IMG/VR virus record: IMGVR_UViG_3300009103_001698
Span: 1 to 64,000 of that record
Length of the DNA stretch: 64,000 bases
Direction: 5' to 3' (one strand)
DNA from: a virus
The notes under the pieces were generated by a model. The model did no database searches. It was not told where the DNA came from and saw nothing but the letters and a program-made list of their open reading frames with translations. The first letter of the stretch is position 1; each line of letters begins with the position of its first letter. The translations under genes were made by a program, and so were the position numbers. This document shows, one piece after another, positions 47,509 to 58,058 of this stretch.

Positions 47509-49228
47509 GTTAATTAAGATAGGGGGTAATGAAAAGATTGTCCCCATCCATCCTAGCGTTTTAATAACCAACCCTAAACATGACGAACTAAATGGACTAA
47601 AGGTAACGTTCATAAATATGCCTCTTAGGGAAAGTGCTGCGCCAAACACTCCGCCCGAAGGTCCGGCAATACTATCTTCAATTTTGAGACAGTACGGAGC
47701 AGAACCAAGTATCATTGACTTAAATGGTTATCGCATTAAAGATGAAGATTCAAAAAAGAGGGGTTTACCAAACGGTCGACACCTAACTTACCGCGAAGCA
47801 AAAGAAATGATTGAAGCTCACTTAAACCAGAAGGGAGATCAGGATTTAATTGCTTTCTCTGGTAAGATTACTACACTTAAGTGGCAAGAAGAAATAGCAA
47901 AAATCGTAAGAAAACTTCAACCAACCTGCTTTTTGGTAACCGGTGGAGGATTGGCTACAGAAATTAAATCAGGTCTTTTCAACTGGATTCCAGAACTTGA
48001 TGCGATTGGACGCTCAGAAGGCGATGACATAATTCTACTGATAGCGAGAGATGTTAAAATCATCAAACAAAAGGGGTTGGAAAACGCAGTGAAGTCGAAT
48101 GAAATTAGTCCGTATTATGTTGGTGAATTTTTAAACAAGCACCGGTTTATTTATGAGGGCAACCGACCAAAAGATTTAGATTCAATACCCTATCCAGCAT
48201 GGGATTTGTTAGAAAACGATCCATATGGTTATAATCTTTTGGAGGATTATATAAACATACCTGTTTGGGGTGTTGCGGCTAATAATAGCTCTGCTGCTCC
48301 ATTTAAAATGAAGAGAAGTTTGACAACTGTCAGTAGTCGTGGCTGTCCATACTCATGTGCTTTTTGTTATAGAGGGGCACAAGGCGAAAAGAAGTATGGA
48401 GTGCGGTCCCTACACCATATAGCAGAACAAGTAAGGGGTTATGTAGATAAGTACAATCTAGACTTCATTGGTTTTCCAGACGACAACTTCGCAGTTAGTA
48501 AAAAAAGAATTCAAAAAATACCAGAGGTTTTTAAAGAATACGGACTAGATGAAATTAAATGGGGAACTCACACTCGTATGGATGAAGCAGATGAACGAGC
48601 TTTTCACATGGCAGAGGGAGGGTGTGTTTACATAGGATTCGGGGCGGAATCAGCAGATCCTCATACTCTCACACATATGCAGAAAGGTGGCTTTATTCTA
48701 AAAAATGGACTGACTGAAAAAAAGGTTAATGGCACTAAATACAACTTTCCGACTACCATGGTCACTGCCGTACAGAATTGTAAATCCGCCGGCATTCATG
48801 CTAATTGTACTTGGATCATGGCATATCCCGGAGAAGAATTACAACATCTTAAGACCAGTGTTGCTTTTATACTTTGGCAACAAAGATTTTGGACAAAACA
48901 CTTGACAACAGGAACAGAACAGTATAAAATAGCTAAGGACTCAGTGAATAGAAAGATGTTTACTGCGACTGCTTATCCTGGAACTACAATGTGGAAAGTT
49001 GTTAAAAAAGAACTACAAGAACATTTTGATATATCATACAATAGTATGGCAGAACCAATTTGTGATGAAAAGTTTCACAAATATGTTTTAGAATTAGATG
49101 ACGCCACAAAAGTTTTAAATAACAAAGATGGAGATCCAGTTAATTTTGGTGGCATGCCGATGGATACATTTTTACAAGCTAGGGAACACATCGACAGTGA
49201 TCAGATTGAGAAAATACTTGAGATGTAA
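47489..49228 (+). CDS. B12-binding radical SAM enzyme
   Basis: SRGCPYSCAFC (CxxxCxxC), DDNF, GAES, N-terminal cobalamin-binding-like domain. Confidence 0.88.
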   Translation: MVGRFSKLIKIGGNEKIVPIHPSVLITNPKHDELNGLKVTFINMPLRESAAPNTPPEGPAILSSILRQYGAEPSIIDLNGYRIKDEDSKKRGLPNGRHLTYREAKEMIEAHLNQKGDQDLIAFSGKITTLKWQEEIAKIVRKLQPTCFLVTGGGLATEIKSGLFNWIPELDAIGRSEGDDIILLIARDVKIIKQKGLENAVKSNEISPYYVGEFLNKHRFIYEGNRPKDLDSIPYPAWDLLENDPYGYNLLEDYINIPVWGVAANNSSAAPFKMKRSLTTVSSRGCPYSCAFCYRGAQGEKKYGVRSLHHIAEQVRGYVDKYNLDFIGFPDDNFAVSKKRIQKIPEVFKEYGLDEIKWGTHTRMDEADERAFHMAEGGCVYIGFGAESADPHTLTHMQKGGFILKNGLTEKKVNGTKYNFPTTMVTAVQNCKSAGIHANCTWIMAYPGEELQHLKTSVAFILWQQRFWTKHLTTGTEQYKIAKDSVNRKMFTATAYPGTTMWKVVKKELQEHFDISYNSMAEPICDEKFHKYVLELDDATKVLNNKDGDPVNFGGMPMDTFLQAREHIDSDQIEKILEM

Positions 49229-49245
49229 CAAACAGGGGGGAACTA

Positions 49246-50082
49246 ATGAGTACATTTATAATTGCAGAAATAGGAATTAATCACAATGGTGATATGGGAA
49301 TTGTGAAGAAATTAATCGATGCTGCCGCCGATAGTGGCTGTGACGCGGTAAAATTTCAAAAAAGAACAATTGACGTGGTATACACAAAGAAAGATTTGGA
49401 TCGTCCCCGGGAAAGCCCATGGGGAACAACTAACCGAGAACAAAAAAATGGGTTGGAATTTACCGCAAGTCAGTATGATGAAATTGATAGCTATTGTCGA
49501 GAAAGGGGAATTGAATGGTTTGCCTCTGCTTGGGACTTAGAAAGTCAGGAGTTTTTGAAAAAATACGATCTAAAGTATAACAAAGTTGCTTCTGCTCTTC
49601 TTACCCACAAAGAACTTCTAAAAAGTATTGCTTCTGAACACAGATATACTTTTATATCAACCGGTATGAGTACGTTGCAACAAATTGAAGAAGCTGTAAA
49701 AATCTTCAAAGATGTGGGCTGTCCCTATGAATTGATGCATTGTAACAGTACCTATCCGATGCCTCCCGAATATGCGAACCTTAATACTATGGCTACGCTT
49801 CGTGATAAGTTTAATTGCAAAGTCGGTTATAGTGGACATGAATCAGGTATTATTATTAGCTGCGCAGCTGCTGCTTTGGGCGCCAGTTCTTTGGAAAGAC
49901 ATATAACGCTGGATAGAGCAATGTATGGTTCGGATCAAGCTGCATCTTTAGAAATTACTGGTCTTAAAAGGTTGGTTGATTATGTTCGAGAAATTCAAGT
50001 TGCCCTGGGTGACGGTGAAAAGAGAGTAACCGAAACAGAAAAAGCTATAGCAAAGAAACTTAGAAGGGTTGACTCTCTATAA
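49246..50082 (+). CDS. neuB: N-acetylneuraminate/nonulosonate synthase (NeuB/SpsE)
   Basis: IIAEIGINHNGD, DAVKFQ, HCNSTYP, GYSGHE, ERHITL. Confidence 0.92.
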   Translation: MSTFIIAEIGINHNGDMGIVKKLIDAAADSGCDAVKFQKRTIDVVYTKKDLDRPRESPWGTTNREQKNGLEFTASQYDEIDSYCRERGIEWFASAWDLESQEFLKKYDLKYNKVASALLTHKELLKSIASEHRYTFISTGMSTLQQIEEAVKIFKDVGCPYELMHCNSTYPMPPEYANLNTMATLRDKFNCKVGYSGHESGIIISCAAAALGASSLERHITLDRAMYGSDQAASLEITGLKRLVDYVREIQVALGDGEKRVTETEKAIAKKLRRVDSL

Positions 50083-50083
50083 A

Positions 50084-51052
50084 ATGAATGATATCATACT
50101 AGAACAAGTTGGTCTTTCTCATTATGATAGCATCGACTTTTTCCCTAGGAAAATTAAGTTACGAAAAGGAAAGGAAACAATCCTTTGGGTACATCAACCA
50201 TCTGGCCACGGGGTCTTAGATTCAGAAAATTGGCCAACGGAAGCTTATTATGAAGAAGAATATCGAGAAGAATTTAGCGCCAACTCGGATGGAAGAAAAA
50301 TAGAGACAGACAAACACTTTGAAATATTCAAAAAGATAAATAAAAAACAATTTGAAGTTTTTTCTGGGTTAATAAACCCCGAAACAAAATTCTTAGAGAT
50401 CGGACCATCTCACGGAGGAATCATAGAACATGTTTCGAAATCTAGTGTTAAGTGTTATCACGCAGTCGAACCAAACAAAGAAGATGCTTTTTATTTAAAG
50501 AAAAAATACCCAGAACTTAAAATTTATAATTCTCTCTTGGAGAAAATAGAACTTACAGAAGATTATTATGATACAGTGGTAAGTTTTGAAGTTTTGGAAC
50601 ATACTTTATCCCCGGTAAAATTTCTTAATATTTTAAATCGTAGTATGAATAATAAAGCTAATCTTGTTCTGGAAGTTCCAAACCACGACGACGTTTTATT
50701 GAGTTGTTATAACGAAGACATTACATATAAAGATTTTTATTATCACAAGGCCCATATACATTACTTCACAAAAACATCCCTAAAAGAGATGTGTGAACAG
50801 TGTGGTTTTACCGGAAATGTCACAAGTTTTTTAATGTACCCATTCTTTAATCACGTATATTGGGTTCAAAATTCGGGTCCACAAGCAACAGCGGCGCTAG
50901 CCCTTTCCCTACCGAAGTCAACATCATTATCTACTAACATACAAAAAAAGATAAATAATTTTTATCAAGATGTAGAAGAACAATATGAACAGCTAATAAA
51001 TTCTAACGGTGTTGGTGATTGTTTAATTTTTAAGGGTATAAAAAATGGATAA
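50084..51052 (+). CDS. Class I SAM methyltransferase
   Basis: LEIGPSHG, FEVLEH, LEVPN, AHIHYF. Confidence 0.85.
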   Translation: MNDIILEQVGLSHYDSIDFFPRKIKLRKGKETILWVHQPSGHGVLDSENWPTEAYYEEEYREEFSANSDGRKIETDKHFEIFKKINKKQFEVFSGLINPETKFLEIGPSHGGIIEHVSKSSVKCYHAVEPNKEDAFYLKKKYPELKIYNSLLEKIELTEDYYDTVVSFEVLEHTLSPVKFLNILNRSMNNKANLVLEVPNHDDVLLSCYNEDITYKDFYYHKAHIHYFTKTSLKEMCEQCGFTGNVTSFLMYPFFNHVYWVQNSGPQATAALALSLPKSTSLSTNIQKKINNFYQDVEEQYEQLINSNGVGDCLIFKGIKNG

Positions 51053-51770
51053 AATTACTGCCATCATTCCGGCTAGAGGTGGTAGTAAAGGAGTACCAGG
51101 AAAGAATATAAAAACACTAAATGGGTTTCCATTAATAGCTTATTCTATTATCGCATGCAAAAAATGTGAAGCAATAAACAGAGTGATTGTTTCTACCGAC
51201 AGTAAAGAAATAGCAGCAATTGCGGAACAGTATGGTGCAGAGGTACCATTTCTTAGACCGTCAGAATATGCTCAAGACAATTCTAAAGATTATGATGTTA
51301 TAAAGCACTTTTTTGAACAGGTAAGTGTTAATGAAGTAGCCTATTTGAGACCAACGACACCTCTTAGAGAACCTAAAAAGATGACAGAGTATGTAAAATT
51401 CTTTCTTGAGAACCGGGAAAAGATGTCTGGGCTTAGGTCGATGCATGAACTGCCAGAACCACCATACAAGGTGTTTAAAATAGAAGATGGGTATTGTAGA
51501 GGGTTTTTTAAAGATTATAAAGGAATTAAGGATTATACAAACCTACCAAGACAAACCTTCCCAAAGGGTTACCAACCAAATGGTTATTTGGATATTTCTA
51601 AAAGAGAACAAGTAGAAACTAGCGATAGTGCTTTTGGTGTAGAAATAATGCCAGTTATAACCGATCACGTAACAGAGATTGATATGGAATATGAATTTAA
51701 ATTATTGGAATTTCAAATTTCATTAGGAAACAATGTTTTATTAGAGGAACTAAAGAGGGAATTTAAATGA
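51045..51770 (+). CDS. neuA: CMP-nonulosonate synthetase (acylneuraminate cytidylyltransferase)
   Basis: IPARGGSKGVPGKNIK, VSTDS, LRPTTPLR. Confidence 0.92.
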   Translation: MDKITAIIPARGGSKGVPGKNIKTLNGFPLIAYSIIACKKCEAINRVIVSTDSKEIAAIAEQYGAEVPFLRPSEYAQDNSKDYDVIKHFFEQVSVNEVAYLRPTTPLREPKKMTEYVKFFLENREKMSGLRSMHELPEPPYKVFKIEDGYCRGFFKDYKGIKDYTNLPRQTFPKGYQPNGYLDISKREQVETSDSAFGVEIMPVITDHVTEIDMEYEFKLLEFQISLGNNVLLEELKREFK

Positions 51771-53023
51771 TAAATACGGAACACAGAACAATATATGATG
51801 ATTTTCAACTAGATGAAGATTTAACACAAATACATCCCAGTAAGTATGAATCAAACAATTTGAGATCACAGCTACCAATTGAGTGGCATAGAGCAAAAGA
51901 TTTTAATGTATATGATGAACGAGGAAATAAGTGGATTGATTTAACAGCGGGTATTTTTGCGACAAACACAGGTCACTCAAATCCTGTAATAAATGATGCA
52001 ATCAAAAAACAATTGGACTCAGATTTGTCATTTTCTTTTCTGTATCCAACAAAGATAAGAAGAGAGTTCGCCAAAACGCTGCTGGATGCCTCTCCCGATC
52101 ACTTTGAGAAGGTGGCAATTTTAAATACTGGTAGTGAAGCAACGGACATTGCGTATAAGGCAATTAAGAGATGGGCTCGAAAAAATAATAAAAAATACAT
52201 TATCTGTTATGAGCGTAGCTACCATGGTAGGGTTCTTAGTTCTGATTTAATCTGTGGTGACGCAGAGAGTAGTGAATGGTCAAATGTTGTTGATGACGAC
52301 GTTTTCTTTATTAAATTCCCATACAAAGAGGACGATCAATTTGATCCAAGTATTCTTCCGCCGGCTGATCAAATTGCTGCATTCTTTTTAGAGACGTACC
52401 AAGGCTGGGGAGCTTGGATGTATCCAAAACAATATATTGATGATCTGTATGCCTTCACCAAAGAGAACAACATTCTAACTTGCTTCGATGAAATCCAGGC
52501 GGGATTGTATAGAATGGGGGCAATGTACGGTTACATGACCTATGGTGAACAAATCAAGCCAGACATTATTTGTCTAGCAAAGGCGTTGTCTTCGCCCCTT
52601 CCTCTGTCCGTGGTGATGAGTACTAAAGAAATTTTAGATGATACTCCAAAGATCGGCGGAACTCATGCCGGCAATCCACTTTGTTGTGCGGCATCAATTG
52701 CAAACATTAAATTCTTAACTGATGACGACTTTCAAAAAGAGTTGAAAGTAAAGTATGAAATTTTTGAAACGCGGTTAAAAGATTTAGAAAGGTATAGTAT
52801 AATTGAGACCATTAATGTTAGGGGTATGGTAGCGGGACTTATTTTTAACGAGGTACCTGATGCTACCAAAACAGTGTTGGAGTGTATCAAAAGAGGAGTA
52901 ATGCCGGTAAATACTTGGTCCACGTCTATTAAAATTGGTCCACCACTGACAATAAGCATCTCTGCTTTAAATGAAGCGATTGATGTAATAGAAAGTATTA
53001 TTAGCGAAATAAACAACAATTAG
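51767..53023 (+). CDS. Class III PLP aminotransferase
   Basis: TGSEA, YHG, DEIQAG..R.G, PDIICLAKAL, GTHAGNP. Confidence 0.9.
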   Translation: MINTEHRTIYDDFQLDEDLTQIHPSKYESNNLRSQLPIEWHRAKDFNVYDERGNKWIDLTAGIFATNTGHSNPVINDAIKKQLDSDLSFSFLYPTKIRREFAKTLLDASPDHFEKVAILNTGSEATDIAYKAIKRWARKNNKKYIICYERSYHGRVLSSDLICGDAESSEWSNVVDDDVFFIKFPYKEDDQFDPSILPPADQIAAFFLETYQGWGAWMYPKQYIDDLYAFTKENNILTCFDEIQAGLYRMGAMYGYMTYGEQIKPDIICLAKALSSPLPLSVVMSTKEILDDTPKIGGTHAGNPLCCAASIANIKFLTDDDFQKELKVKYEIFETRLKDLERYSIIETINVRGMVAGLIFNEVPDATKTVLECIKRGVMPVNTWSTSIKIGPPLTISISALNEAIDVIESIISEINNN

Positions 53024-53032
53024 GAGGATACT

Positions 53033-53470
53033 ATGGCTGCAAACATTAGGCACATAGGGCTTACTGTAAGCAATTTAGATGAAGCTTTAAAGTTTTATGT
53101 TGATGTATTGGGTTTTGAGATTTATAAAACAGCGGAAGAGGGAGGAAAATGTTTAGACAACTTTTCTTCTCTTGCAGATGTGAATGTAACGACAGTAAAA
53201 ATGTCAGATAAAAATAATAATGTATTGGAACTTTTGCATTATAAATCACACCCGGAAAAGCCATATAATAATAGAGAGCGTAGAATAAGTGAGATAGGGT
53301 GTTCTCATTTTGCTTTAACGGTAGATGATTTGGATAATTTATACGAAACACTAGTTAATCGCGGAATAAAATTTAATTACCCAGTTCAAATATCTCCCGA
53401 TGGTAATGTTAAAGTTGCTTTTTGTAGAGACCCAGATGGTACTCTTATTGAAATGGTTGAGGAACTATAA
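53033..53470 (+). CDS. VOC/glyoxalase family protein
   Basis: HIGLTV.NLD....FY..VLG...HFAL.V.D...RDPDG..IE. Confidence 0.9.
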   Translation: MAANIRHIGLTVSNLDEALKFYVDVLGFEIYKTAEEGGKCLDNFSSLADVNVTTVKMSDKNNNVLELLHYKSHPEKPYNNRERRISEIGCSHFALTVDDLDNLYETLVNRGIKFNYPVQISPDGNVKVAFCRDPDGTLIEMVEEL

Positions 53471-54234
53471 TGACATATGTTGAAGAGATGTTCTCTTTGA
53501 AGAATAAAAAAGCTATAGTAACCGGCGCCAAAAGAGGCATAGGAAATGCTATAGCCACAGCACTTTATAAAGCCGGCGCTGAAGTTCTTGCCGTCGACAA
53601 ATTGGAAATCTTAGATGAACCCTTTGACAGTTATAAATGTAATGTTAAAAGCAAAGAAGATATATACGAACTAATCAAATATTGTAAAGATAAATTTGAC
53701 ACAATTGATATTCTAGTTAATAATGCTGGTGTTGGGTTTGGTCATAGTTTTTTAGATTATCCGCTTGAGGATTGGGATACAACTTACAAGGTGAATTTAC
53801 TGGCTCCTTTTCTTCTCACACAAGGTTTGGCACCACTCTTAATAAAAAATAAAAAAGGATCTATTATAAACATAACAAGCCTAAACGCAGAGATGGCATT
53901 TCCAGATAACCCTGCTTATCCGGCTACCAAAGGTGGACTTAAAATGTTAACAAAATCTTTTGCTTATGAACTTGGAAAACACAACATTCGAGTTAATAAC
54001 ATTGGCCCCGGGTATTTTAAGACAGAATTTCATAAACAAGATGGTCGCTTACAAAAGCTTAATTGGGAGGACTCCACGGTACTAAGCGAGAGATCTGCTA
54101 AAACGTTATTGGGGCGCTGGGGTGAGCCAAAAGATATTGCTGGTCTAGCTGTGTTCTTATGTTCAAATTGTTCAGATTACATTACCGGACAGGACATTTA
54201 TGTTGATGGCGGTTGGCTGACCAAAGGTCTATAA
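53470..54234 (+). CDS. SDR oxidoreductase
   Basis: TGAKRGIG, NNAG, YPATK, VDGG. Confidence 0.92.
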   Translation: MTYVEEMFSLKNKKAIVTGAKRGIGNAIATALYKAGAEVLAVDKLEILDEPFDSYKCNVKSKEDIYELIKYCKDKFDTIDILVNNAGVGFGHSFLDYPLEDWDTTYKVNLLAPFLLTQGLAPLLIKNKKGSIINITSLNAEMAFPDNPAYPATKGGLKMLTKSFAYELGKHNIRVNNIGPGYFKTEFHKQDGRLQKLNWEDSTVLSERSAKTLLGRWGEPKDIAGLAVFLCSNCSDYITGQDIYVDGGWLTKGL

Positions 54235-54236
54235 AC

Positions 54237-54842
54237 ATGTACAACAAAAAACCCGAAAGATATGATTGGATTCAATGGTTAATAGAAAATAATAATTATA
54301 AGAAGTTTTTAGAAATTGGTTGCCATGAAGGAAAAACTTTTAGAAGAATAACCTGTGATGTAAAGCATTCAGTCGACCCTGCTACAAGAACTCGCCACGG
54401 GCGCAAGCCAATTCCGGCAACTCATAGAATGACATCAGATGAATTTTTCAAAAATTTGGGTTCTAAGGATAAATATGATATTATTTTTATTGATGGATTA
54501 CACACAGAAGAGCAGGCCACAAAAGACACTGAAAATGCATTAAAACATTTAACCCCGAAAGGAATCATTCTTTTTCATGATGTCGATCCCCCTGATAAAA
54601 GAAGTTGCAATTCAGATACGTGTTGGAGATCGTTTGTCAAATTAAGGACAAGAAAGGATTTAGATACATGTGTGTACCCCTTCAGGGAAATAACAGAATC
54701 TGTTGGATTTTTAAAAGTACGTAAAAATTCTAATTTGCTTACTGCGAAATTGAAAAGTTTAGAATGGAAAGATTTGAAGAAAAATAGAGAAAAATGGTTA
54801 AACTTTAAACAAGAAGATGAAATAAAAAAATGGTCGGAATGA
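54237..54842 (+). CDS. Class I SAM methyltransferase (Methyltransf_24-like)
   Basis: LEIGC, DIIFIDGLH, ILFHD. Confidence 0.85.
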   Translation: MYNKKPERYDWIQWLIENNNYKKFLEIGCHEGKTFRRITCDVKHSVDPATRTRHGRKPIPATHRMTSDEFFKNLGSKDKYDIIFIDGLHTEEQATKDTENALKHLTPKGIILFHDVDPPDKRSCNSDTCWRSFVKLRTRKDLDTCVYPFREITESVGFLKVRKNSNLLTAKLKSLEWKDLKKNREKWLNFKQEDEIKKWSE

Positions 54843-55180
54843 AACACGTCGAAAAAGGATGGGGATACGAGAAATGGATCGTTAATTGCGAAAAATACTG
54901 TGGTAAACTCTTATTTTTTAACAAAGATAAGCGATGCTCTTGGCACTATCACAAAATAAAAGACGAAGTGTTTTATCTACAATCAGGACTAATGAAAGTT
55001 TATTATTCAGAGGATGATGACTTAGAAAATGCTAAGGAACTGATCTTAACTCCTGGTCAAAACTTTCATGTTTATGTTGGCTTACGCCATCAAATGATTG
55101 CTTTAGAGGACAGTGAGCTTTTTGAGTTTTCAACTCAACATTTTGACAGCGACAGCTATAGGATAGTGAAGGGAGATTAA
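54839..55180 (+). CDS. Cupin (sugar isomerase-like)
   Basis: VEKGWGYE, SWHYH..KDE.F, H.M.A..DS...E.ST. Confidence 0.85.
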   Translation: MKHVEKGWGYEKWIVNCEKYCGKLLFFNKDKRCSWHYHKIKDEVFYLQSGLMKVYYSEDDDLENAKELILTPGQNFHVYVGLRHQMIALEDSELFEFSTQHFDSDSYRIVKGD

Positions 55181-56313
55181 TGAAAGAATCTTATGATGTA
55201 GTAATGTATTTTTATTGGGCACACCCACACATTGTCCATAAATACTTATCTTTACATAATAAGCTATTAGAAAATAATTGTTCTGTCATGACCATTTTAG
55301 GTAAAGGTGAATTTGGTATTGATGAAGAACACTTTCTTCACTTTGACGAAAAGTACCGCAAAGATGTTTACTTGCAGAGTATGGAAGATGCACTAGAGAC
55401 ACTACAAAAAGTGGATTATAAGGTGGCTGTGTTGAGTTCTAACGGCAGAAAAGGCTTTGTTAATGAAGATGGACATGAACCACCACCTTTGGGCGCTAGG
55501 GCGCCAAACATCGGCAAAGATGTTAAGATAGCAAAAGACAAGGGCGCGAAAACAATACAGATTAGTGAAATGATAACAGACTTTTATTATGCCGGCGCAG
55601 ACATAGCTAGTTTAGTTAGCCCGCACATGAGAGAATTACACATAAATTCAAAACACTATAGTTTGTATCATAGGTATCAGTGGCGCCCATTTAACGCAAA
55701 TCCAGAACCTGAATACATATATTCGAATTGTTTGTTGTGGGACAATACAGACGATTGTCTTCCTCCGATGCCAAAAGAAGAATTTTGTGAGAAGTATGAT
55801 CTAGATCCTAATAAGGAAATCTTTGTATGGCTGCCCACAATGCCACAGTCGATGTCGCAAGAGGCTTATAAAAAAGTATGTCAATTGGATAATGTTATTA
55901 TTAAGCTTCACCCTAATGAATATCGAAGGCTGGCAGCGAATAGGCACGACCATAAGTGGTCTTATGAAATTTGTGGAATTGAAAACCCTAGAATTTTAGA
56001 CCCAATTGATACACACTGGTGTTATAAATATGCTGCCTGTGTTATAGGCTGTAAGACCAGCGCTAGCATTGAAATGCCGCTATACAATACTCCATTTTTA
56101 TACGTTGGCAGCCGAGGCTTTACTTGGAGTAATTTATTTCATAAATTTGGCCACCGGTGCGATATATCGGAGTTAGACGAATTTATCAGACAAAAGAAAT
56201 ATAATAATAAAATTTCAGAAATAGAAGATTATTACTATAAAAGGATTTTGATGGATCCAGATAAATCATCAGCAGAACTATTAACAGAACAAATAACAGG
56301 ATTTATAAAATGA
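55180..56313 (+). CDS. GT-B-fold transferase (sialyl/glycerophosphotransferase-like)
   Basis: IIKLHP motif and TSA.IE..L..TP. Confidence 0.5.
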   Translation: MKESYDVVMYFYWAHPHIVHKYLSLHNKLLENNCSVMTILGKGEFGIDEEHFLHFDEKYRKDVYLQSMEDALETLQKVDYKVAVLSSNGRKGFVNEDGHEPPPLGARAPNIGKDVKIAKDKGAKTIQISEMITDFYYAGADIASLVSPHMRELHINSKHYSLYHRYQWRPFNANPEPEYIYSNCLLWDNTDDCLPPMPKEEFCEKYDLDPNKEIFVWLPTMPQSMSQEAYKKVCQLDNVIIKLHPNEYRRLAANRHDHKWSYEICGIENPRILDPIDTHWCYKYAACVIGCKTSASIEMPLYNTPFLYVGSRGFTWSNLFHKFGHRCDISELDEFIRQKKYNNKISEIEDYYYKRILMDPDKSSAELLTEQITGFIK

Positions 56314-56627
56314 TTATTTATGTAGACATCGATGAAACGATTTGTGTAACGCCTAAAAACAGAAATTATGCAGCCGCAAAGCCAATCAAAGAAAACATTA
56401 AAAAAATTAATGAATTGTATGATAATGGTGATACAATAGTTTATTGGACTGCCAGGGGATCCGGCAGTGGCAAAAATTGGCTTGCCGTAACAAAAAATCA
56501 ATTGAACAGTTGGGGTGTTAAATATCACGATTGTAAAGTTGGTAAACCAATGTACGACTTATTTATTTGTGACAAGGCAATCAACTCACTAACATACTTC
56601 AAGGAGAAACAAAATGAAACTAAGTAA
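56310..56627 (+). CDS. HAD phosphatase (capsule-biosynthesis type)
   Basis: YVDIDETI, WTARG, GKP.YD.FI.DK. Confidence 0.85.
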   Translation: MIIYVDIDETICVTPKNRNYAAAKPIKENIKKINELYDNGDTIVYWTARGSGSGKNWLAVTKNQLNSWGVKYHDCKVGKPMYDLFICDKAINSLTYFKEKQNETK

Positions 56628-56805
56628 CCAAGCACTAGGAGCACTAATGATGACACTACAAAAGTGTCTTCTAGAACAAACTGACATTACACAAAGTCTA
56701 AGAGATTTTGATTTTGTCAACACAGATGAAGGACTTTGGATTAAAAATCCGCCTATCGTCAAATTCAGTCGTAACGAAGAAGGTCTGGCTGAAGAGGAGG
56801 AATAA
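56614..56805 (+). CDS. Hypothetical protein
   Basis: AAGGAG SD; ORF. Confidence 0.55.
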   Translation: MKLSNQALGALMMTLQKCLLEQTDITQSLRDFDFVNTDEGLWIKNPPIVKFSRNEEGLAEEEE

Positions 56806-57068
56806 TGCCTCTTTACGTTTATAAATGTGGAGCTTGTGGCGGAGAATTCCCCATTATGCACTCTATGAGAGTTAATGTAAATGTTTGCTCTTTATGTAAA
56901 GCTAGTGATAATCTCAGTCGAATACCTCAAACAGTTAGTTTTGGTAAACAAGAAACTACCGATGATGGTAAAAAGACAGGTGAAGTCGTTAAAGAGCATA
57001 TAGAGCAAACACAAAAAGAAGTCAAAGAAGAAAAAGAGAAACTTAAATCTGAGGATTATAAACCATGA
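56805..57068 (+). CDS. FmdB-family zinc-ribbon protein
   Basis: MPLYVYKCGACG..F.......CSLC. Confidence 0.8.
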   Translation: MPLYVYKCGACGGEFPIMHSMRVNVNVCSLCKASDNLSRIPQTVSFGKQETTDDGKKTGEVVKEHIEQTQKEVKEEKEKLKSEDYKP

Positions 57069-57382
57069 CGGTATTAATAGTCATAGCAGTGGTGATTATA
57101 ATCTTATTTGTGAGTTTATCACTCACTCTAAACGTTTTGTTTCTTCGAAGGTTATTGGGGGTCTCGGACAATATGGACGAACTTCTCGAAGTACTAACGA
57201 GTTATACAAATCATTTAGAAGATGTTTATGGAATGGAAACATTTTATGGTGACAGCACTTTAAATGATCTATTACAACATTCAAAAGAAGTCGTGGATGA
57301 CGTAAAATCATTTAACGATACATACGGAGGACGTCCTGGTGACAGCAGTGAAACCGAAACGCAAACGTCGCAAAAGGACTAA
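57065..57382 (+). CDS. Membrane-anchored hypothetical protein
   Basis: Long N-terminal hydrophobic helix. Confidence 0.55.
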   Translation: MTVLIVIAVVIIILFVSLSLTLNVLFLRRLLGVSDNMDELLEVLTSYTNHLEDVYGMETFYGDSTLNDLLQHSKEVVDDVKSFNDTYGGRPGDSSETETQTSQKD

Positions 57383-58058
57383 AAATTATTATTTTACCCA
57401 CATTCACGAGGAAGCGATAGTTGCGTATACTAAAACAGAAGATAACACAGTAAGAACAAAACTTTATGTAGAACTAATCCAACCAGCTTTTAGCGAGATG
57501 GTTGATAAGATTACTTATACTTATAAATTTACAACCTTACCAAATATTGATTCATTACGAGAAGAGTGCAAGATCTGGCTTACAACGATCTTGGGCAAAT
57601 ACGATCCAAATAAAGGATCCAAAGCATTCTCTTATTTCAGTGTGATTACAAAGAACTGGTTCATTCACAAAGTGAAAAAGAATGGACAGAAGCGTCGTAG
57701 GGAGATTCACCTTGACGACGTTGCCAAAATAGTTGAGCAACAATACATCTCAACTAAACACGAATATGAACATAAGCGTGAGAAGGAAGAGTTTTGGAGC
57801 TTCTTGCTAGACCAATTAGCCGATTGGCAAGTAATAGAAGAAGAAAACAATCTGCTATCAAATGAAGTCAGGGTGATCAAAGCAATCCGCGAACTTCTCT
57901 CAGATCCCAAAGAGGTGGAGATCCTTAATAAAAAAGCAATCTACCTCTATCTCAGAGAGATTACTGGTCTCAATACAAAGCAGATTGCAAACTGTCTTAA
58001 AAAATTTAGAGTCAGATACGCTGTGTTCAAAAAGGATTGGAACAAAGGTTTGCTTTAA
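57339..58058 (+). CDS. Phage late sigma factor (gp55-like)
   Basis: Region-2-like KYDPNKGSKAFSYFSVITKNWF; GGAGG SD; directly precedes the baseplate genes. Confidence 0.7.
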   Translation: MTAVKPKRKRRKRTKNYYFTHIHEEAIVAYTKTEDNTVRTKLYVELIQPAFSEMVDKITYTYKFTTLPNIDSLREECKIWLTTILGKYDPNKGSKAFSYFSVITKNWFIHKVKKNGQKRRREIHLDDVAKIVEQQYISTKHEYEHKREKEEFWSFLLDQLADWQVIEEENNLLSNEVRVIKAIRELLSDPKEVEILNKKAIYLYLREITGLNTKQIANCLKKFRVRYAVFKKDWNKGLL

